A DNA stretch of 64,000 nucleotides, taken from Planctomycetota bacterium (GTDB lineage: Bacteria; Planctomycetota; UBA1135; UBA2386). The notes under the pieces are model-generated. The model did not search any database and was not told the DNA's origin. It was given only the letters and a program-made list of their open reading frames with translations. This document shows, piece after piece, positions 33,614 through 43,712 of the stretch (positions are counted from its first letter, which is position 1; every line of letters begins with the position of its first letter). The translations under genes were made by a program, and so were the position numbers. The stretch is taken from contig VGZG01000007.1 in assembly GCA_016872675.1 (NCBI GenBank), positions 2,433 to 66,432 of the forward strand, read 5' to 3'.

Positions 33614-36600
33614 TCAGGCCTCGGCGGTGAGTTCGGGGTTTGGGTTGCGCACGCGACCGAGGTAGGTCGTGCGGGGCTTGGTGTTGAGTTCGGAGAGCAG
33701 CCCGTAGTTGAGGTCGAGCTTCGCCAACTTGGCGACGCTGCTGTTCGTGTCGAGCAGGTTGCCGAACGTGATGGCCTGCGTCGGGCAGGCCTGCGCGCAC
33801 GCAGTGGTCACCTGCACGTCGTCCTTGCCCTCGCCGACCTTCTTGCCGGCCAGCTTGGCCTGGATGCGGCTGCCGTTGATGCGCTGCACGCAGTACGTGC
33901 ACTTCTCCATCACGCCGCGGCTGCGCACGGTGACGTCCGGGTTGAACGCCATGCGCTTGGTGTCCGGCACGTTGCCGATGTAGTCCAGGTAGTTGTACCG
34001 ACGGACCTTGTACGGGCAGTTGTTGCTGCAGTAGCGCGTGCCGATGCAGCGGTTGTAGACCATGGCGTTCAGCCCATCAGGGCTGTGGACGGTCGCGGCG
34101 ACGGGGCACACCGACTCGCACGGCGCGTTCTCGCACTGCATGCACGGCACCGGCATGTTCGCGACCTGCGGATCCTCGGCCGCGTTCAGCTTGTCGTTCG
34201 ACTTGCTGCTGAAGTAGCGGTCGGTGCGGATCCAGAACATTTCGCGGTTCCGGCGCACCTGGATCTTGCCGACCATCGGCACGTTGTTCTCGGCGACGCA
34301 GGCGACCATGCAGGCGCTGCAGCCGGTGCACGCATTGAGGTCGATGACCATGCCCCACTGGTGCGGCGACGCCATCACCTCGGGGTCCTTGCGCGACGGG
34401 TCGTAGCGCTCGGTCCACAGCGACTTGTTGAGGTCCTTCTCCTCCTTGTTCTGCAGCGCCGCCGCCTTGTCGAGCGGCGACAGCTTCTGCGCCCAGCGCG
34501 GATCGGCCGCGTTGGTCTTGACCGACGCCTCGCGCACGATCGCGCGGCCGGCCATCGTGCCTTGCTCCTGGGTCGTCACCAGGTCGTAGCGGCCCTGGCC
34601 GCGGCCCACCTGGGCGCCGGCGAGGATCGACTTGCCGGCGTCGCGCAGGACGTAAGCGTTGAAGCCCGTCTCCTTGGCGACCTTGCACGACTCGGGCAGC
34701 TTGCGGCCCCAGCCGAGGCTGATCGTGACACTGTCGTCGGCGTGGCCGGGGACGATCCAGGCCGGGATCTGCAGCGTCGCCGGCGCGCCCCTGACCGTCG
34801 CGGTGACGGTGAGCATGTCGCCGTTGTCGACGCCGAGCTTCTGGGCCGTCGCCATGCTGACGCAGGCGGCGTTGTCCCAGCACAGCTTGGTCACCGGCTC
34901 GGGGATCTCCTGCATCCACGAGTTATTGGCGTAGCGGCCGTCGCCCATCTTGGCGCAGGCGCGCAGCACTACTTCCGTGCCGGTCGCCTTCGGCAGCGCG
35001 GCCAGCGCAGCTGCGGCCGCGGCGGCATTCGCCGTGGCGGCCTCGGCCGCGAGCGCGGTGCCGGCGACGACGCCTTCGTGCAGCGCCTTCGGCCACCAAT
35101 TGGTCTCGAAGTCGGCGGCGCCGGTCTTCTCCTGCCACGTCTGCTTGACCAGCGCGTAGCCGTACGTCGTGTCGCGCGCAGCGACAAGGTCGGCGGGACT
35201 GCCTTCCTGATTGATCAGCGCGAGGAATTCCAGCGCGCTGACGCCGCCGTGCAGCGGCGCGACCAGCGGCTGCTGCACCGAGACGGTGCCGTCGTGCGCG
35301 CAGGCGTCGCCCCAGCTCTCGAGATCGTGCGCGCTCGGGAAGTGCCAGTCGCACAGCTGCGCAGTCTCGTCCTCGTGGCTGCCGACGTGGATCGTCGTCT
35401 TCGGCTTCTTGCTCCTGAGCAACTCACCGAAGCCGAGGTCCGCCGGCGCGTCGTAGACGGGGTTCGTGCCGAGGCACACCAGCATCTTGCAGGCGCCCTG
35501 GCTGAGCGCGGCCGCGAGCTCCTGGATCGACGGCACGCACTTCTGCTCGAGGCCCGCGGGCGTCGCCGTGTACGTCACGGCCTGGCCGACGGCGCCGAGC
35601 GCCTGGTTGATCGCGTGCACCATCGCGTGGACCGCAGCCGGTTGGCGCGGGCCGCAGACGACCAGCGCGCGGCCGTTCTGCGCCTTCAGGTCCTTGGCGA
35701 CGATCGGCAGCCACTTCTTGCCGTCCTTGACGAACGGGTCGGCGCTGAAGCTCGCGAGGTCGCCGGCGACGCCGAGCTCCTTGGCGAGCGCGCCCGCGAT
35801 GGCGGCGATGTCCGTCGACTTGACGCGGAAGCGGTGGTCGGCGGCGGTGCCGGTCGTCGTGTACATCGACTCGGCGACGTAGAGGCGCGACAGCTTCTTG
35901 TCCTTGCCCGGGGCGCGGCGGCCCTCCGCCCACTGCCGCGCCGAGCGCAGGCTGTTGCCGTCGTTGGCGAGGAAGTCGCTGTCGAGCGACAGCACGACGT
36001 CGGCCTTGCTGAAGTCGTGGTGCGTGGCGAGCGGCTTGCCGAACGCCAGCAGCGCGCCGTCCAGCTCTTCGTCCTGGTGCAGCGCGTTCCAGACGTGGAG
36101 GCGCGCCTTCGGGAAGCTGCCACCCTTCATGCGGGCGACGAGCGCCTGCATGGTCGGCGACGACGTCGGCGCCATCAGCACGTGCAGGCCTTCGCCCTGC
36201 GCGTTGACGATCGCCTTGAACTCGTCGCCCTGGGTCCACTTGTCGAGCTCGGCCCAGATGTCCGGCTCGGCGTGCGCATGGCCGTGGCCATGGTCGTGGT
36301 CGTCATGCGCGTCGTGGTCGTGGCTCATCGGACCGCGCGCCTTGCGGCTGCGACCAACGTCGTAGAGCTGGATCAGCTCGGCCTGCAGCTGCAGGTCCGA
36401 GCCGCCGAGGCTGCTTGGGTGCGCCGCGTTGCCCTCGATCTTCGTCGGGCGGCCGTCGTTGCTCTTCACCAGCACGCCGATGCCGCGGCCGCCGCGCATC
36501 AACGTGGTGGCGTAGAAGTGCGGCACGCCGGGCGTGTAGCCGCCGGGGCGCTTGTTGAAGGGCAGGATCTTGGTGACCGGCTTGCGGCAGCTGGTCAGGC

Positions 36601-36811
36601 CAGCGAGTGCGACCGAGGCGGCGACGGCGCCGAGGAAGCCGCGGCGCGAGACGTCGTCAGGGGCCTCGGTGATGCCCTCGGGGAACTCGCGCGCGAGCGT
36701 CTCCTGGAACTCCGGCGAGTTCTCCAGCTGGCCTAGGCTGCGCCAGTAGGTCGTTTCCGTCGTCTGGGTAGCGTTCATGGACATCTCGGTCGGATGCGGG
36801 AGGGCGCTCAT
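33614..36811 (-). CDS. actB: Alternative complex III subunit B (molybdopterin-oxidoreductase-like plus Fe-S domain)
   Basis: 'YWRSL', Tat motif 'SRRGFL' with lipobox 'LTSC', 'GRPTKIEGN'; Fe-S motifs [42 protein letters not shown]...ACAQACP; ATG overlaps the actA stop. Confidence 0.93.
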   Translation of the reverse strand: MSALPHPTEMSMNATQTTETTYWRSLGQLENSPEFQETLAREFPEGITEAPDDVSRRGFLGAVAASVALAGLTSCRKPVTKILPFNKRPGGYTPGVPHFYATTLMRGGRGIGVLVKSNDGRPTKIEGNAAHPSSLGGSDLQLQAELIQLYDVGRSRKARGPMSHDHDAHDDHDHGHGHAHAEPDIWAELDKWTQGDEFKAIVNAQGEGLHVLMAPTSSPTMQALVARMKGGSFPKARLHVWNALHQDEELDGALLAFGKPLATHHDFSKADVVLSLDSDFLANDGNSLRSARQWAEGRRAPGKDKKLSRLYVAESMYTTTGTAADHRFRVKSTDIAAIAGALAKELGVAGDLASFSADPFVKDGKKWLPIVAKDLKAQNGRALVVCGPRQPAAVHAMVHAINQALGAVGQAVTYTATPAGLEQKCVPSIQELAAALSQGACKMLVCLGTNPVYDAPADLGFGELLRSKKPKTTIHVGSHEDETAQLCDWHFPSAHDLESWGDACAHDGTVSVQQPLVAPLHGGVSALEFLALINQEGSPADLVAARDTTYGYALVKQTWQEKTGAADFETNWWPKALHEGVVAGTALAAEAATANAAAAAAALAALPKATGTEVVLRACAKMGDGRYANNSWMQEIPEPVTKLCWDNAACVSMATAQKLGVDNGDMLTVTATVRGAPATLQIPAWIVPGHADDSVTISLGWGRKLPESCKVAKETGFNAYVLRDAGKSILAGAQVGRGQGRYDLVTTQEQGTMAGRAIVREASVKTNAADPRWAQKLSPLDKAAALQNKEEKDLNKSLWTERYDPSRKDPEVMASPHQWGMVIDLNACTGCSACMVACVAENNVPMVGKIQVRRNREMFWIRTDRYFSSKSNDKLNAAEDPQVANMPVPCMQCENAPCESVCPVAATVHSPDGLNAMVYNRCIGTRYCSNNCPYKVRRYNYLDYIGNVPDTKRMAFNPDVTVRSRGVMEKCTYCVQRINGSRIQAKLAGKKVGEGKDDVQVTTACAQACPTQAITFGNLLDTNSSVAKLAKLDLNYGLLSELNTKPRTTYLGRVRNPNPELTAEA

Positions 36812-37485
36812 CGATGGCACGCCGAGCAGTGGGACGGGGGATTGAGGACCGGGGCGTTGTCGCCCTGCCACTCGAGCAGCTTCTTGGCGGCCGCCACGCT
36901 GTCGGCCGTCGGGGTCCAGTCCATCTGCGTCGGTGAAACGCCGGCGGGACGGATGTGCGGGGCCGGGTCGCGGTGGCACTCGAGGCACCAGCCCATGCTC
37001 AGCGGCTCGACCTGACGGACGATCTCCATCTGGTCGACACGGCCGTGGCAGCTCGCGCAGCCGACGTTGGCGCGCACGTGCACGGCGTGGTTGAAGTAGG
37101 CGTACTGCGGCAGCAGGTGGACCTTGACCCACTCGACCGGCTTGTTGTCGCCCTTGCCGTCACCGTAGGCGTCGCGCAGCGTCGCCAGCGCGAGGCTGTC
37201 CTTCTTGACGTGGGCGTGGCAGCCCATGCACGTGTCGGCGTCCGGCACCGTCGCGTGTGGGCCGTTCTCGACCATGCGGTGGCAATAGCGGCAGTCCATG
37301 CCGAGTACGCCCGCGTGCAGCTTGTGGCTGTAGTCGATCGGTTGGTACGGCTGGTAGCCGACGTCCGTGTGCTTCGGCGAGAACCAGTACGTGACGACGA
37401 ACACCACGAACAGACCGGTCACCGCCGCGCCTAAAGCCAGGAACGCAGGCAGCTTGTTGGTCCACTTGGGGAACAGGACGGTCAA
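36808..37485 (-). CDS. actA: Alternative complex III pentaheme cytochrome c subunit A
   Basis: Five CxxCH motifs (CRYCH, CMGCH, CASCH, CLECH, CSACH); N-terminal TM helix; TTG start with GGAGG RBS. Confidence 0.92.
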   Translation of the reverse strand: MTVLFPKWTNKLPAFLALGAAVTGLFVVFVVTYWFSPKHTDVGYQPYQPIDYSHKLHAGVLGMDCRYCHRMVENGPHATVPDADTCMGCHAHVKKDSLALATLRDAYGDGKGDNKPVEWVKVHLLPQYAYFNHAVHVRANVGCASCHGRVDQMEIVRQVEPLSMGWCLECHRDPAPHIRPAGVSPTQMDWTPTADSVAAAKKLLEWQGDNAPVLNPPSHCSACHR

Positions 37486-37741
37486 GTTGGATCCCCTCCG
37501 AGGGTGGGGATTGGGGGGTTGCGGACGCTAGGGCTGTCGGCGACGCCGACGGCACATGGGGGCCACCCTGCAACCTGGTCGCCGTCCGCCGTAAACCGGT
37601 TGGCTGGACGAAGACGAGGCCGCAGGGCATGTGCGGTCAGCCCAGAAAGGGCAGCCATCTAAAAGACCGCAGAAGTCCGGTCAATTTCAGACTGGCGAGA
37701 AACTGCGAACTGCTGCTGGGAAATCGCCGTTGCCGCGCTGC

Positions 37742-38899
37742 TCACCACGTGGTCTGCCGGCGGACGAAGTCTGCGATTGCCGGCGCCGCAAGGGTTTGCG
37801 CCTTGGGGTTGGCGTGCGGGTCGGCTGGCGTCACCCAAAGGTCCGCGGCCGGAGTGCCGGCGAGGATTGGCCGCAGATCGAGGCACGGGATGGCCGCCGC
37901 CGCACAGTCGGTGGCAACCAGCTCGTGCAACTTGCGGAACGGGTAGTGCCGGTCTGGGCCGAGCCCCTGCAAGAACGGCCAGAGAACCACCGCGAAGGGC
38001 ACCTTGCGGGCGTCGCACCAGGCCTTGGCTTCGCGCAGCGACTTTTGCGGAACCCCTTGTGACCACATGGCTTCGAACGGTTTATCGGACGGGTGGTAGA
38101 GGCCGGCGGCCGCGCCTTCCTTGTGCGGCAGCGCCAACAACTGTCCGACCCAGTCGTAGTTCGGGTCAAGGTCGAGCGGGCTGCGGCCGAGGGCACCCAG
38201 GACGAGATCGAGCGTGCGCCAACCGGTCGCCGGCGACGGCCCGAGCACGTTGAGGCCGCTGCTCGGGATCAGGTCGTTGAGGCAGATCGTGAGAACGACC
38301 GCATCGGGCTGAAAGACGGCGAACCGATGCTGTAGCCCGAACCAGTACTCGTCGACGCAGACGGTGCCAGCGGCACCGCAGTTGACCGTGCGGATGTCGG
38401 CGCCGCCGGCGCGCAGGGCGCTCTCCAGCAGTCGCACCCAGCCGAGTTCCTCCGGGATCCCCCACCCGAAGGTGAACGAGTCGCCGAGGCATAGCACGCG
38501 CCGCTGACCGGCAGGTTTGTCCGGCGTGATCTCGTCGCGTTCGCGCAGGCCGTACCGGTTGATCCGCACCGGCACGCGGCCCTTCGCATCGAGCCAATCG
38601 CGCCGCAGCACGTCGTTGTCGGTGTAGCAGAGGAAGAAGGTCTGTCCCGGCGCGAACATGAACCGCGGCCGATCCATCGGCAGCGGCGGCGGCACGGGCA
38701 CGATCAGCCCGCGCTGCAGGCCCTCGGTGAAGGTGATCGGTTGGCCAGCAGCGTCCGCGTAGCTGAGTCGGCCGAGCGGTTGCGGCGTCGGCAGTTGTCT
38801 CAACACGAACTCGGCGACGCCGAGCGCGAACAGCGTCGCAACGGTCGCGAAGAGAGCGCTGGCAACGACGCGTCGGTGGCGACTGGAGGACTGGTCCAT
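37742..38899 (-). CDS. Membrane-anchored SGNH/GDSL hydrolase
   Basis: 'CLGDSFTFG' (block I), 'ICLND' (block III), 'DPHAN' (block V); N-terminal TM helix. Confidence 0.8.
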   Translation of the reverse strand: MDQSSSRHRRVVASALFATVATLFALGVAEFVLRQLPTPQPLGRLSYADAAGQPITFTEGLQRGLIVPVPPPLPMDRPRFMFAPGQTFFLCYTDNDVLRRDWLDAKGRVPVRINRYGLRERDEITPDKPAGQRRVLCLGDSFTFGWGIPEELGWVRLLESALRAGGADIRTVNCGAAGTVCVDEYWFGLQHRFAVFQPDAVVLTICLNDLIPSSGLNVLGPSPATGWRTLDLVLGALGRSPLDLDPNYDWVGQLLALPHKEGAAAGLYHPSDKPFEAMWSQGVPQKSLREAKAWCDARKVPFAVVLWPFLQGLGPDRHYPFRKLHELVATDCAAAAIPCLDLRPILAGTPAADLWVTPADPHANPKAQTLAAPAIADFVRRQTTW

Positions 38900-38995
38900 G
38901 CGGAGTTGGTTTGCGGCGCGCAGGGAGAATCCGTACGGATTGCCTGCGCGGAGGCAGAATGCAGGCGATTATGCGTCGCTGCCGTCACGCCCCTG

Positions 38996-40828
38996 ATGTC
39001 GACCTATATCCTAGGCATCTCCGCCTTCTACCACGACTCCGCCGCCGCGTTGTTGCGCGACGGGGAGATAGTCGCGGCCGCGCAGGAAGAGCGCTTCACC
39101 CGCAAGAAGCACGACCCGGGCTTTCCCGCCCGCGCCGTCGAGTTCTCCCTGCAGCAGGCGGGCATCACCGCCAAGGACCTCGACTTCGTCGCCTTCTACG
39201 ACAAGCCGATCCTGAAGTTCCACCGGCTGCTGGAGACCTACCTCGCGTTTGCGCCGGTCGGTCTATCGTCCTTCAAGCGCATGCTGCCGGTCTGGCTCGG
39301 CGACAAGTTGCACATGCGCGGCCTGCTGACCAAGAGCCTCGGCAGCAAGCCGAAGAACCGCTACGTCTTCCCTGAGCACCACGAGAGCCACGCGGCGAGC
39401 GCCTTCTTCCCGTCGCCGTTCGAGGAAGCGGCGGTGGTGACCATGGACGGCGTTGGCGAATGGGCGACCACTTCGCTCGGCGTCGGCGAAGGCAACCGGA
39501 TGCGGCTGCTGCGGGAGATCCGCTTCCCGCACTCGCTCGGCCTGCTCTACAGCGCCTTCACCTACTACTGCGGCTTCAAGGTCAACAGCGGCGAGTACAA
39601 GCTGATGGGCCTCGCGCCCTACGGCGAGCCACGCTTCGAGAAGCCGATCCGCGATCACCTGATCGACATCCGCGAGGACGGCAGCTACCGGCTCGACCTG
39701 TCGTACTTCAACTACTGCCAGGGGCTCACCATGACGAGCCCGAAGTTCCACGCGCTCTTCGGCATGCCGCCGCGCACGGCGGAGTCGCAGTTGGAGCAGG
39801 TCCACATGGACCTCGCCGCCTCGATCCAGAAGGTCACCGAGGACGTCATGCTGAAGACGGCCCGGCACGCCCACAAGGTCACCGGCAAGAAGCACCTTTG
39901 TCTCGCCGGCGGCGTCGCGCTCAACTGCGTCGGCAACGGCGTGATCCTGCGCGAGAGCCCGTTCGAGAAGATCTGGATCCAGCCGGCGGCCGGCGACGCC
40001 GGCGGCGCGCTCGGCGCAGCACAACTGGTGTGGCACAATCTGCTCGGCAAGCCGCGCACGGTGCAGCCCACCGACAGCCAGCGTGGCAGCCTGCTCGGCC
40101 CGAAGTACGAGTCGAACGACATCAAGGCGTTCCTCGACGCGCAGGGCGTGATCTACGAGGAGCACAAGACGGAGGAGGCGCTCGCCGACCGCGTTGCGCA
40201 CCTGATCGAGCAGGAGAACGTGATCGGCTGGTTCCAGGGCCCGATGGAGTTCGGCCCGCGCGCACTGGGCTCGCGCAGCATCATCGGCGACGCCCGCTCG
40301 CCCAAGATGCAGAGCGTGATGAACCTCAAGATCAAGTTCCGCGAGTCGTTCCGGCCGTTCGCGCCGATCGTCCTGCGCGAGCGCGCGAGCGAGTACTTCG
40401 ACATCGAGCCGCAGCACGACAGCCCCTACATGCTGATCGTCGCGCCAGTGCGCCACGAGAAGCGCAAGCCGGTCGAAACCGGCGCCGTCGGCCTCGACAA
40501 GCTCAAGCAGCTGCGCTCGGTAGTGCCGGCCGTCACACACGTCGACTTCTCGGCGCGCCTGCAGACCGTCGACGGCGAGCGCAACCCGCGCCTCGCCCGA
40601 CTCATGCGCCGCTTCGAGGAGCGCACCGGCTGTCCGGTGCTGATCAACACCAGCTTCAACGTCCGCGGCGAACCAATCGTCTGCACGCCGCAGGATGCGC
40701 TGCGCTGCTGCCTCGGCACCGAGATGGACGTCCTGGTGCTGGAGAACTTCGTGATCCGTCGCGCCGAGCAGAAGAGCCTTCCCGTCATCGATCGCGACAA
40801 GTACCTCGCGGCCTTCCAACTCGACTGA
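38996..40828 (+). CDS. CmcH/NodU-family O-carbamoyltransferase
   Basis: 'ILGISAFYHDSAA', 'HHESHAAS', 'DGVGE', 'GEYKLMGLAPYG', 'GGVALN', 'EFGPRALG', 'NTSFN'; start ATG 38996. Confidence 0.93.
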   Translation: MSTYILGISAFYHDSAAALLRDGEIVAAAQEERFTRKKHDPGFPARAVEFSLQQAGITAKDLDFVAFYDKPILKFHRLLETYLAFAPVGLSSFKRMLPVWLGDKLHMRGLLTKSLGSKPKNRYVFPEHHESHAASAFFPSPFEEAAVVTMDGVGEWATTSLGVGEGNRMRLLREIRFPHSLGLLYSAFTYYCGFKVNSGEYKLMGLAPYGEPRFEKPIRDHLIDIREDGSYRLDLSYFNYCQGLTMTSPKFHALFGMPPRTAESQLEQVHMDLAASIQKVTEDVMLKTARHAHKVTGKKHLCLAGGVALNCVGNGVILRESPFEKIWIQPAAGDAGGALGAAQLVWHNLLGKPRTVQPTDSQRGSLLGPKYESNDIKAFLDAQGVIYEEHKTEEALADRVAHLIEQENVIGWFQGPMEFGPRALGSRSIIGDARSPKMQSVMNLKIKFRESFRPFAPIVLRERASEYFDIEPQHDSPYMLIVAPVRHEKRKPVETGAVGLDKLKQLRSVVPAVTHVDFSARLQTVDGERNPRLARLMRRFEERTGCPVLINTSFNVRGEPIVCTPQDALRCCLGTEMDVLVLENFVIRRAEQKSLPVIDRDKYLAAFQLD

Positions 40829-40833
40829 CCGCC

Positions 40834-41280
40834 ATGAAGCTCCAACTCCAGCCCGATCGGCGCATGCTGCGCCAGTTCGCCTGGGCCGCGCTCGTCCTGC
40901 TGCCTGCAGTCGCATGGTTCTTGGCTCGGCGCCACGACCTGCCGACGCCGTGGGCGCTCGCCATCGGCGGCCTGGGCGTGCTCGTTGCCATCGCCCAGAT
41001 CGGCGCCTTCTGCGTCAGCGAGGCGCTCGGCGCCCTGCTCGAGAAGGCGATCACCAAGCCCGTCTTCCAGGGGCTGATGGTCGTCGCGTTTCCGATCGGC
41101 CTCGTCGTCTCGACCGTGCTGATCGCGGCGATCTTCTACGTGGTGATCACGCCGATCGGCCTCGTCTTCCGTATCATCGGGCGCGACGCGATGGGCAAGC
41201 GCTTCGACAAGTCCGCGCCCTCCTACTGGCACGTGCGCGGCGCGCCGCGTCCCACCACCAGCTACTTCAAGCTCTACTGA
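40834..41280 (+). CDS. SxtJ-family membrane protein
   Basis: Three TM helices; 'IFYVVITPIGLVFRIIGRD...SYW' motif; follows the carbamoyltransferase. Confidence 0.8.
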   Translation: MKLQLQPDRRMLRQFAWAALVLLPAVAWFLARRHDLPTPWALAIGGLGVLVAIAQIGAFCVSEALGALLEKAITKPVFQGLMVVAFPIGLVVSTVLIAAIFYVVITPIGLVFRIIGRDAMGKRFDKSAPSYWHVRGAPRPTTSYFKLY

Positions 41281-41288
41281 GTCCAGCC

Positions 41289-41498
41289 ATGACCTCCCCC
41301 AACGACAAATCGTCGCAGGAAGACTTCCTGCAGGCCGCGAAAGGCAAGGAGCGCGGCATCGTCGCCGAGTTCATCGCCTTCATGGCCGAGAACAAACTCT
41401 GGTGGATGACGCCGATCCTGATCGTCTTCGGCCTCGTCGGCGTTCTGCTGCTCTTGGGCGCCACCGGCTTCGCGCCGTTCATCTACACGATGTGGTGA
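41289..41498 (+). CDS. DUF5989 / SxtK-like small membrane protein
   Basis: '[17 protein letters not shown]...APFIYTMW' signature; 69 aa. Confidence 0.82.
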   Translation: MTSPNDKSSQEDFLQAAKGKERGIVAEFIAFMAENKLWWMTPILIVFGLVGVLLLLGATGFAPFIYTMW

Positions 41499-41508
41499 TC
41501 GGCCCCAT

Positions 41509-41532
41509 GGCGGCGGGGCTTCCCCCGCCGCC
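41509..41532 (+). terminator. GC-rich hairpin after the carbamoyltransferase cassette
   Basis: Perfect 10-bp stem GGCGGCGGGG-cttc-CCCCGCCGCC, 10 nt after the stop; no U-tract. Confidence 0.45.
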
Positions 41533-41625
41533 GGTCCCAATACGAGCCGGACTTCGCCGCCGAGCGCGCACCGACCCGTGTCCCGGGTCGATGCCTCCGT
41601 TGCCACACACACGACGGAGACAGCC

Positions 41626-42486
41626 ATGCGCGACCACGGCCTGGACACCTACCTGTCCGACATCAACGAAGTTCCGCTCCTGACCGCCAAGCAGGAGATT
41701 GAGCTCGCCAAGCGCATCCAGCGCGGCGACTTGTCGGCCCGCGAGCACATGATCCGCGCCAACCTGCGGCTCGTGGTTTCGATCGCCAAGAACTACGTCA
41801 ACCGCGGCCTCGCGTTCATGGACCTGATCGAGGAGGGCAACATCGGGCTGATGCGCGCGGTCGAGAAGTTCGACCCGAAGGCGGGGTGCCGCTTCTCCAC
41901 CTACGCGACTTGGTGGATCAAGCAGGGCATCCGCCGCGCGCTCGTCAACACGGTGAAGACCGTGCGCGTGCCCAACTACATGGCCGAGATCGTCGCGCGC
42001 TGGAAGGCGACGGCGCTCGAGCTGAGCTACAAGCTCGGCCGTCAGGCCCGCACCTCGGAGATCGCCGAGCAGCTCGGCATCCCAGAAGCCAACTGGGACA
42101 TCGTGCGCGAGACCGTGCAGGTGACCTCGCAGCCGACGATCTTGATGAGCGATGACCAGGCGGCCAGCTTCGCCGATTCGATAGAGGACACGCGCCAACT
42201 GGGGCCCGAGGAACAGACGCACTCGGCGATGGAGATCAGCCGGCTGCGCGAACTGCTCGAGGGCCTCGATGCGCGCGAGAGCCGCATCCTCAAGCTGCGC
42301 TTCGGCATCGGCACGGAGTCGCCGCTGACGCTCAAGGAGATCGGCAAGCGCTTCGGCCTCACGCGCGAGCGTGTCCGGCAGATGGAGCAGCAGGCGCTCG
42401 GCCGCCTCGCCGAGGTGCTCTCGCGCGAGTTCGGCGAGGAAGTGCGCGCCGAGGCGCCGCGCCGCCGCGTCACCGCCGGGCCGTGA
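41626..42486 (+). CDS. RNA polymerase sigma-70 factor, RpoD/RpoS family (no region 1.1)
   Basis: '[11 protein letters not shown]', '[19 protein letters not shown]', '[11 protein letters not shown]', 'TLKEIG...TRERVRQ'; GGAGA RBS before ATG 41626. Confidence 0.92.
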   Translation: MRDHGLDTYLSDINEVPLLTAKQEIELAKRIQRGDLSAREHMIRANLRLVVSIAKNYVNRGLAFMDLIEEGNIGLMRAVEKFDPKAGCRFSTYATWWIKQGIRRALVNTVKTVRVPNYMAEIVARWKATALELSYKLGRQARTSEIAEQLGIPEANWDIVRETVQVTSQPTILMSDDQAASFADSIEDTRQLGPEEQTHSAMEISRLRELLEGLDARESRILKLRFGIGTESPLTLKEIGKRFGLTRERVRQMEQQALGRLAEVLSREFGEEVRAEAPRRRVTAGP

Positions 42487-42517
42487 CGCGCGGACTGCGC
42501 GGGCGTAGCGTGGTCGC

Positions 42518-43690
42518 ATGATCCGCAACGCCCGCGTCGCCGACGACGGCGGCACGTCGCTTTACGTGCACGTGCCGTTCTGCGTCGTGAAGTGCGGCTA
42601 CTGCGACTTCAACTCGTACGTCATCGAGGATCGCTCGATCCACGACGTATTCCTCGACGCGCTCGACGCCGAGCTGCGGTCGGCTTGGCGCTTCGGCGCG
42701 CCGACCACGGTGTTCGTCGGCGGCGGCACGCCGAGCCTGCTCGATCCCGTGCGCCTGCTCAGGCTGTTCGAGGTGATCAACCGGCACGTGTCGCTGCGGG
42801 CGTGCGCCGAGGTCACGATGGAGGCCAACCCTGAGAGCGTGACGCAGGAGAAGGCGGCGATCGCGCGCGCCGCTGGCGTCAATCGCATGAGCATGGGCGT
42901 GCAGACCTTCCATGCCCGGCACCTGCGGTTCCTCGATCGCGCGCACTCGGCGGAGCGCGCCGAGGCGGCGTTCGCAGAGTTGCGCGCCGCCGGCTGCGAC
43001 AACGTCAGCGTCGACCTGATGTTCGGCGTCCCCGGCGAGACGGTTGACGAGTGGCGGCAGGATCTCGAGCGGGCGCTGGCGCTGCGGCCCGATCACCTGT
43101 CCTGCTACAACCTGACCTTCGAGCCGGGCACCAAGCTGCATCACGCGGTGGAGCAAGGCCGCGTGCAGCCCAACGACGAGGACGCCGATCGCGCGATGTT
43201 CCTGCACACACGCGAGCGCCTCGCCGAAGATGGCTTCGACGCCTACGAGGTCAGTAACTTCGCCGGCCGCGGCGGGCCGTCGCGACACAACGACCACTAC
43301 TGGCGGCAGGGCGACTACGTCGGCGTCGGCCCCGGCGCGTCAAGCCACCGCCAAGGCGTGCGCTGGACCAACCTCAAGCCGGTCGAGTCGTGGGCCAAGG
43401 CGGCGCTTGCTGGCCTGCCGGCTGCGGGCAGCGCCGAGACGCTGCGGCCGCGGCAGCGGGCCGCCGAGGCGATCTGGCTCGGTCTGCGCCGGCGCGACGG
43501 CATCGATGTGGCGGCGATCGGCGCACGACTCGGCGTCGACGTCGAGCGCGCGTTCGGCGCGATCCGCGATCGCCACGTTGCCGCCGGGGCGCTGGCTCGC
43601 GACGGCGGTGGGATCCGGCTGACCGCGGCGGGCCTGCTGCTCGCCGACCGCGTCAGCGGCGAATTCCTTGGCGCCGGGCTCGACGGCTGA
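42518..43690 (+). CDS. hemW: Radical SAM heme chaperone HemW (HemN-like)
   Basis: 'YVHVPFCVVKCGYCDFN', 'GGGTPS', 'EANP', HemW motif 'HNDHYW'. Confidence 0.88.
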   Translation: MIRNARVADDGGTSLYVHVPFCVVKCGYCDFNSYVIEDRSIHDVFLDALDAELRSAWRFGAPTTVFVGGGTPSLLDPVRLLRLFEVINRHVSLRACAEVTMEANPESVTQEKAAIARAAGVNRMSMGVQTFHARHLRFLDRAHSAERAEAAFAELRAAGCDNVSVDLMFGVPGETVDEWRQDLERALALRPDHLSCYNLTFEPGTKLHHAVEQGRVQPNDEDADRAMFLHTRERLAEDGFDAYEVSNFAGRGGPSRHNDHYWRQGDYVGVGPGASSHRQGVRWTNLKPVESWAKAALAGLPAAGSAETLRPRQRAAEAIWLGLRRRDGIDVAAIGARLGVDVERAFGAIRDRHVAAGALARDGGGIRLTAAGLLLADRVSGEFLGAGLDG

Positions 43691-43712
43691 CGTCGCAGTC
43701 GGCGCGCGCCCG

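Noticed and set aside
33614-36811. Catalytic molybdoenzyme such as polysulfide or nitrate reductase
   Set aside because: Architecture and actA/C/D/E/F context identify ActB, whose molybdopterin-like domain is known to lack the cofactor
37486-37741. FNR/Crp-type oxygen regulatory site upstream of actA
   Set aside because: No TTGAT-N4-ATCAA or TGTGA-N6-TCACA match; only a weak imperfect inverted repeat near 37677-37695
38996-41498. Saxitoxin biosynthesis cluster
   Set aside because: Only sxtI/J/K-like genes are present; no sxtA, sxtG, sxtB or other core genes in the window
42518-43690. Coproporphyrinogen dehydrogenase HemN or a RiPP radical SAM enzyme
   Set aside because: CYCDFN-type and HNxxYW motifs indicate HemW; no precursor peptide or SPASM domain seen
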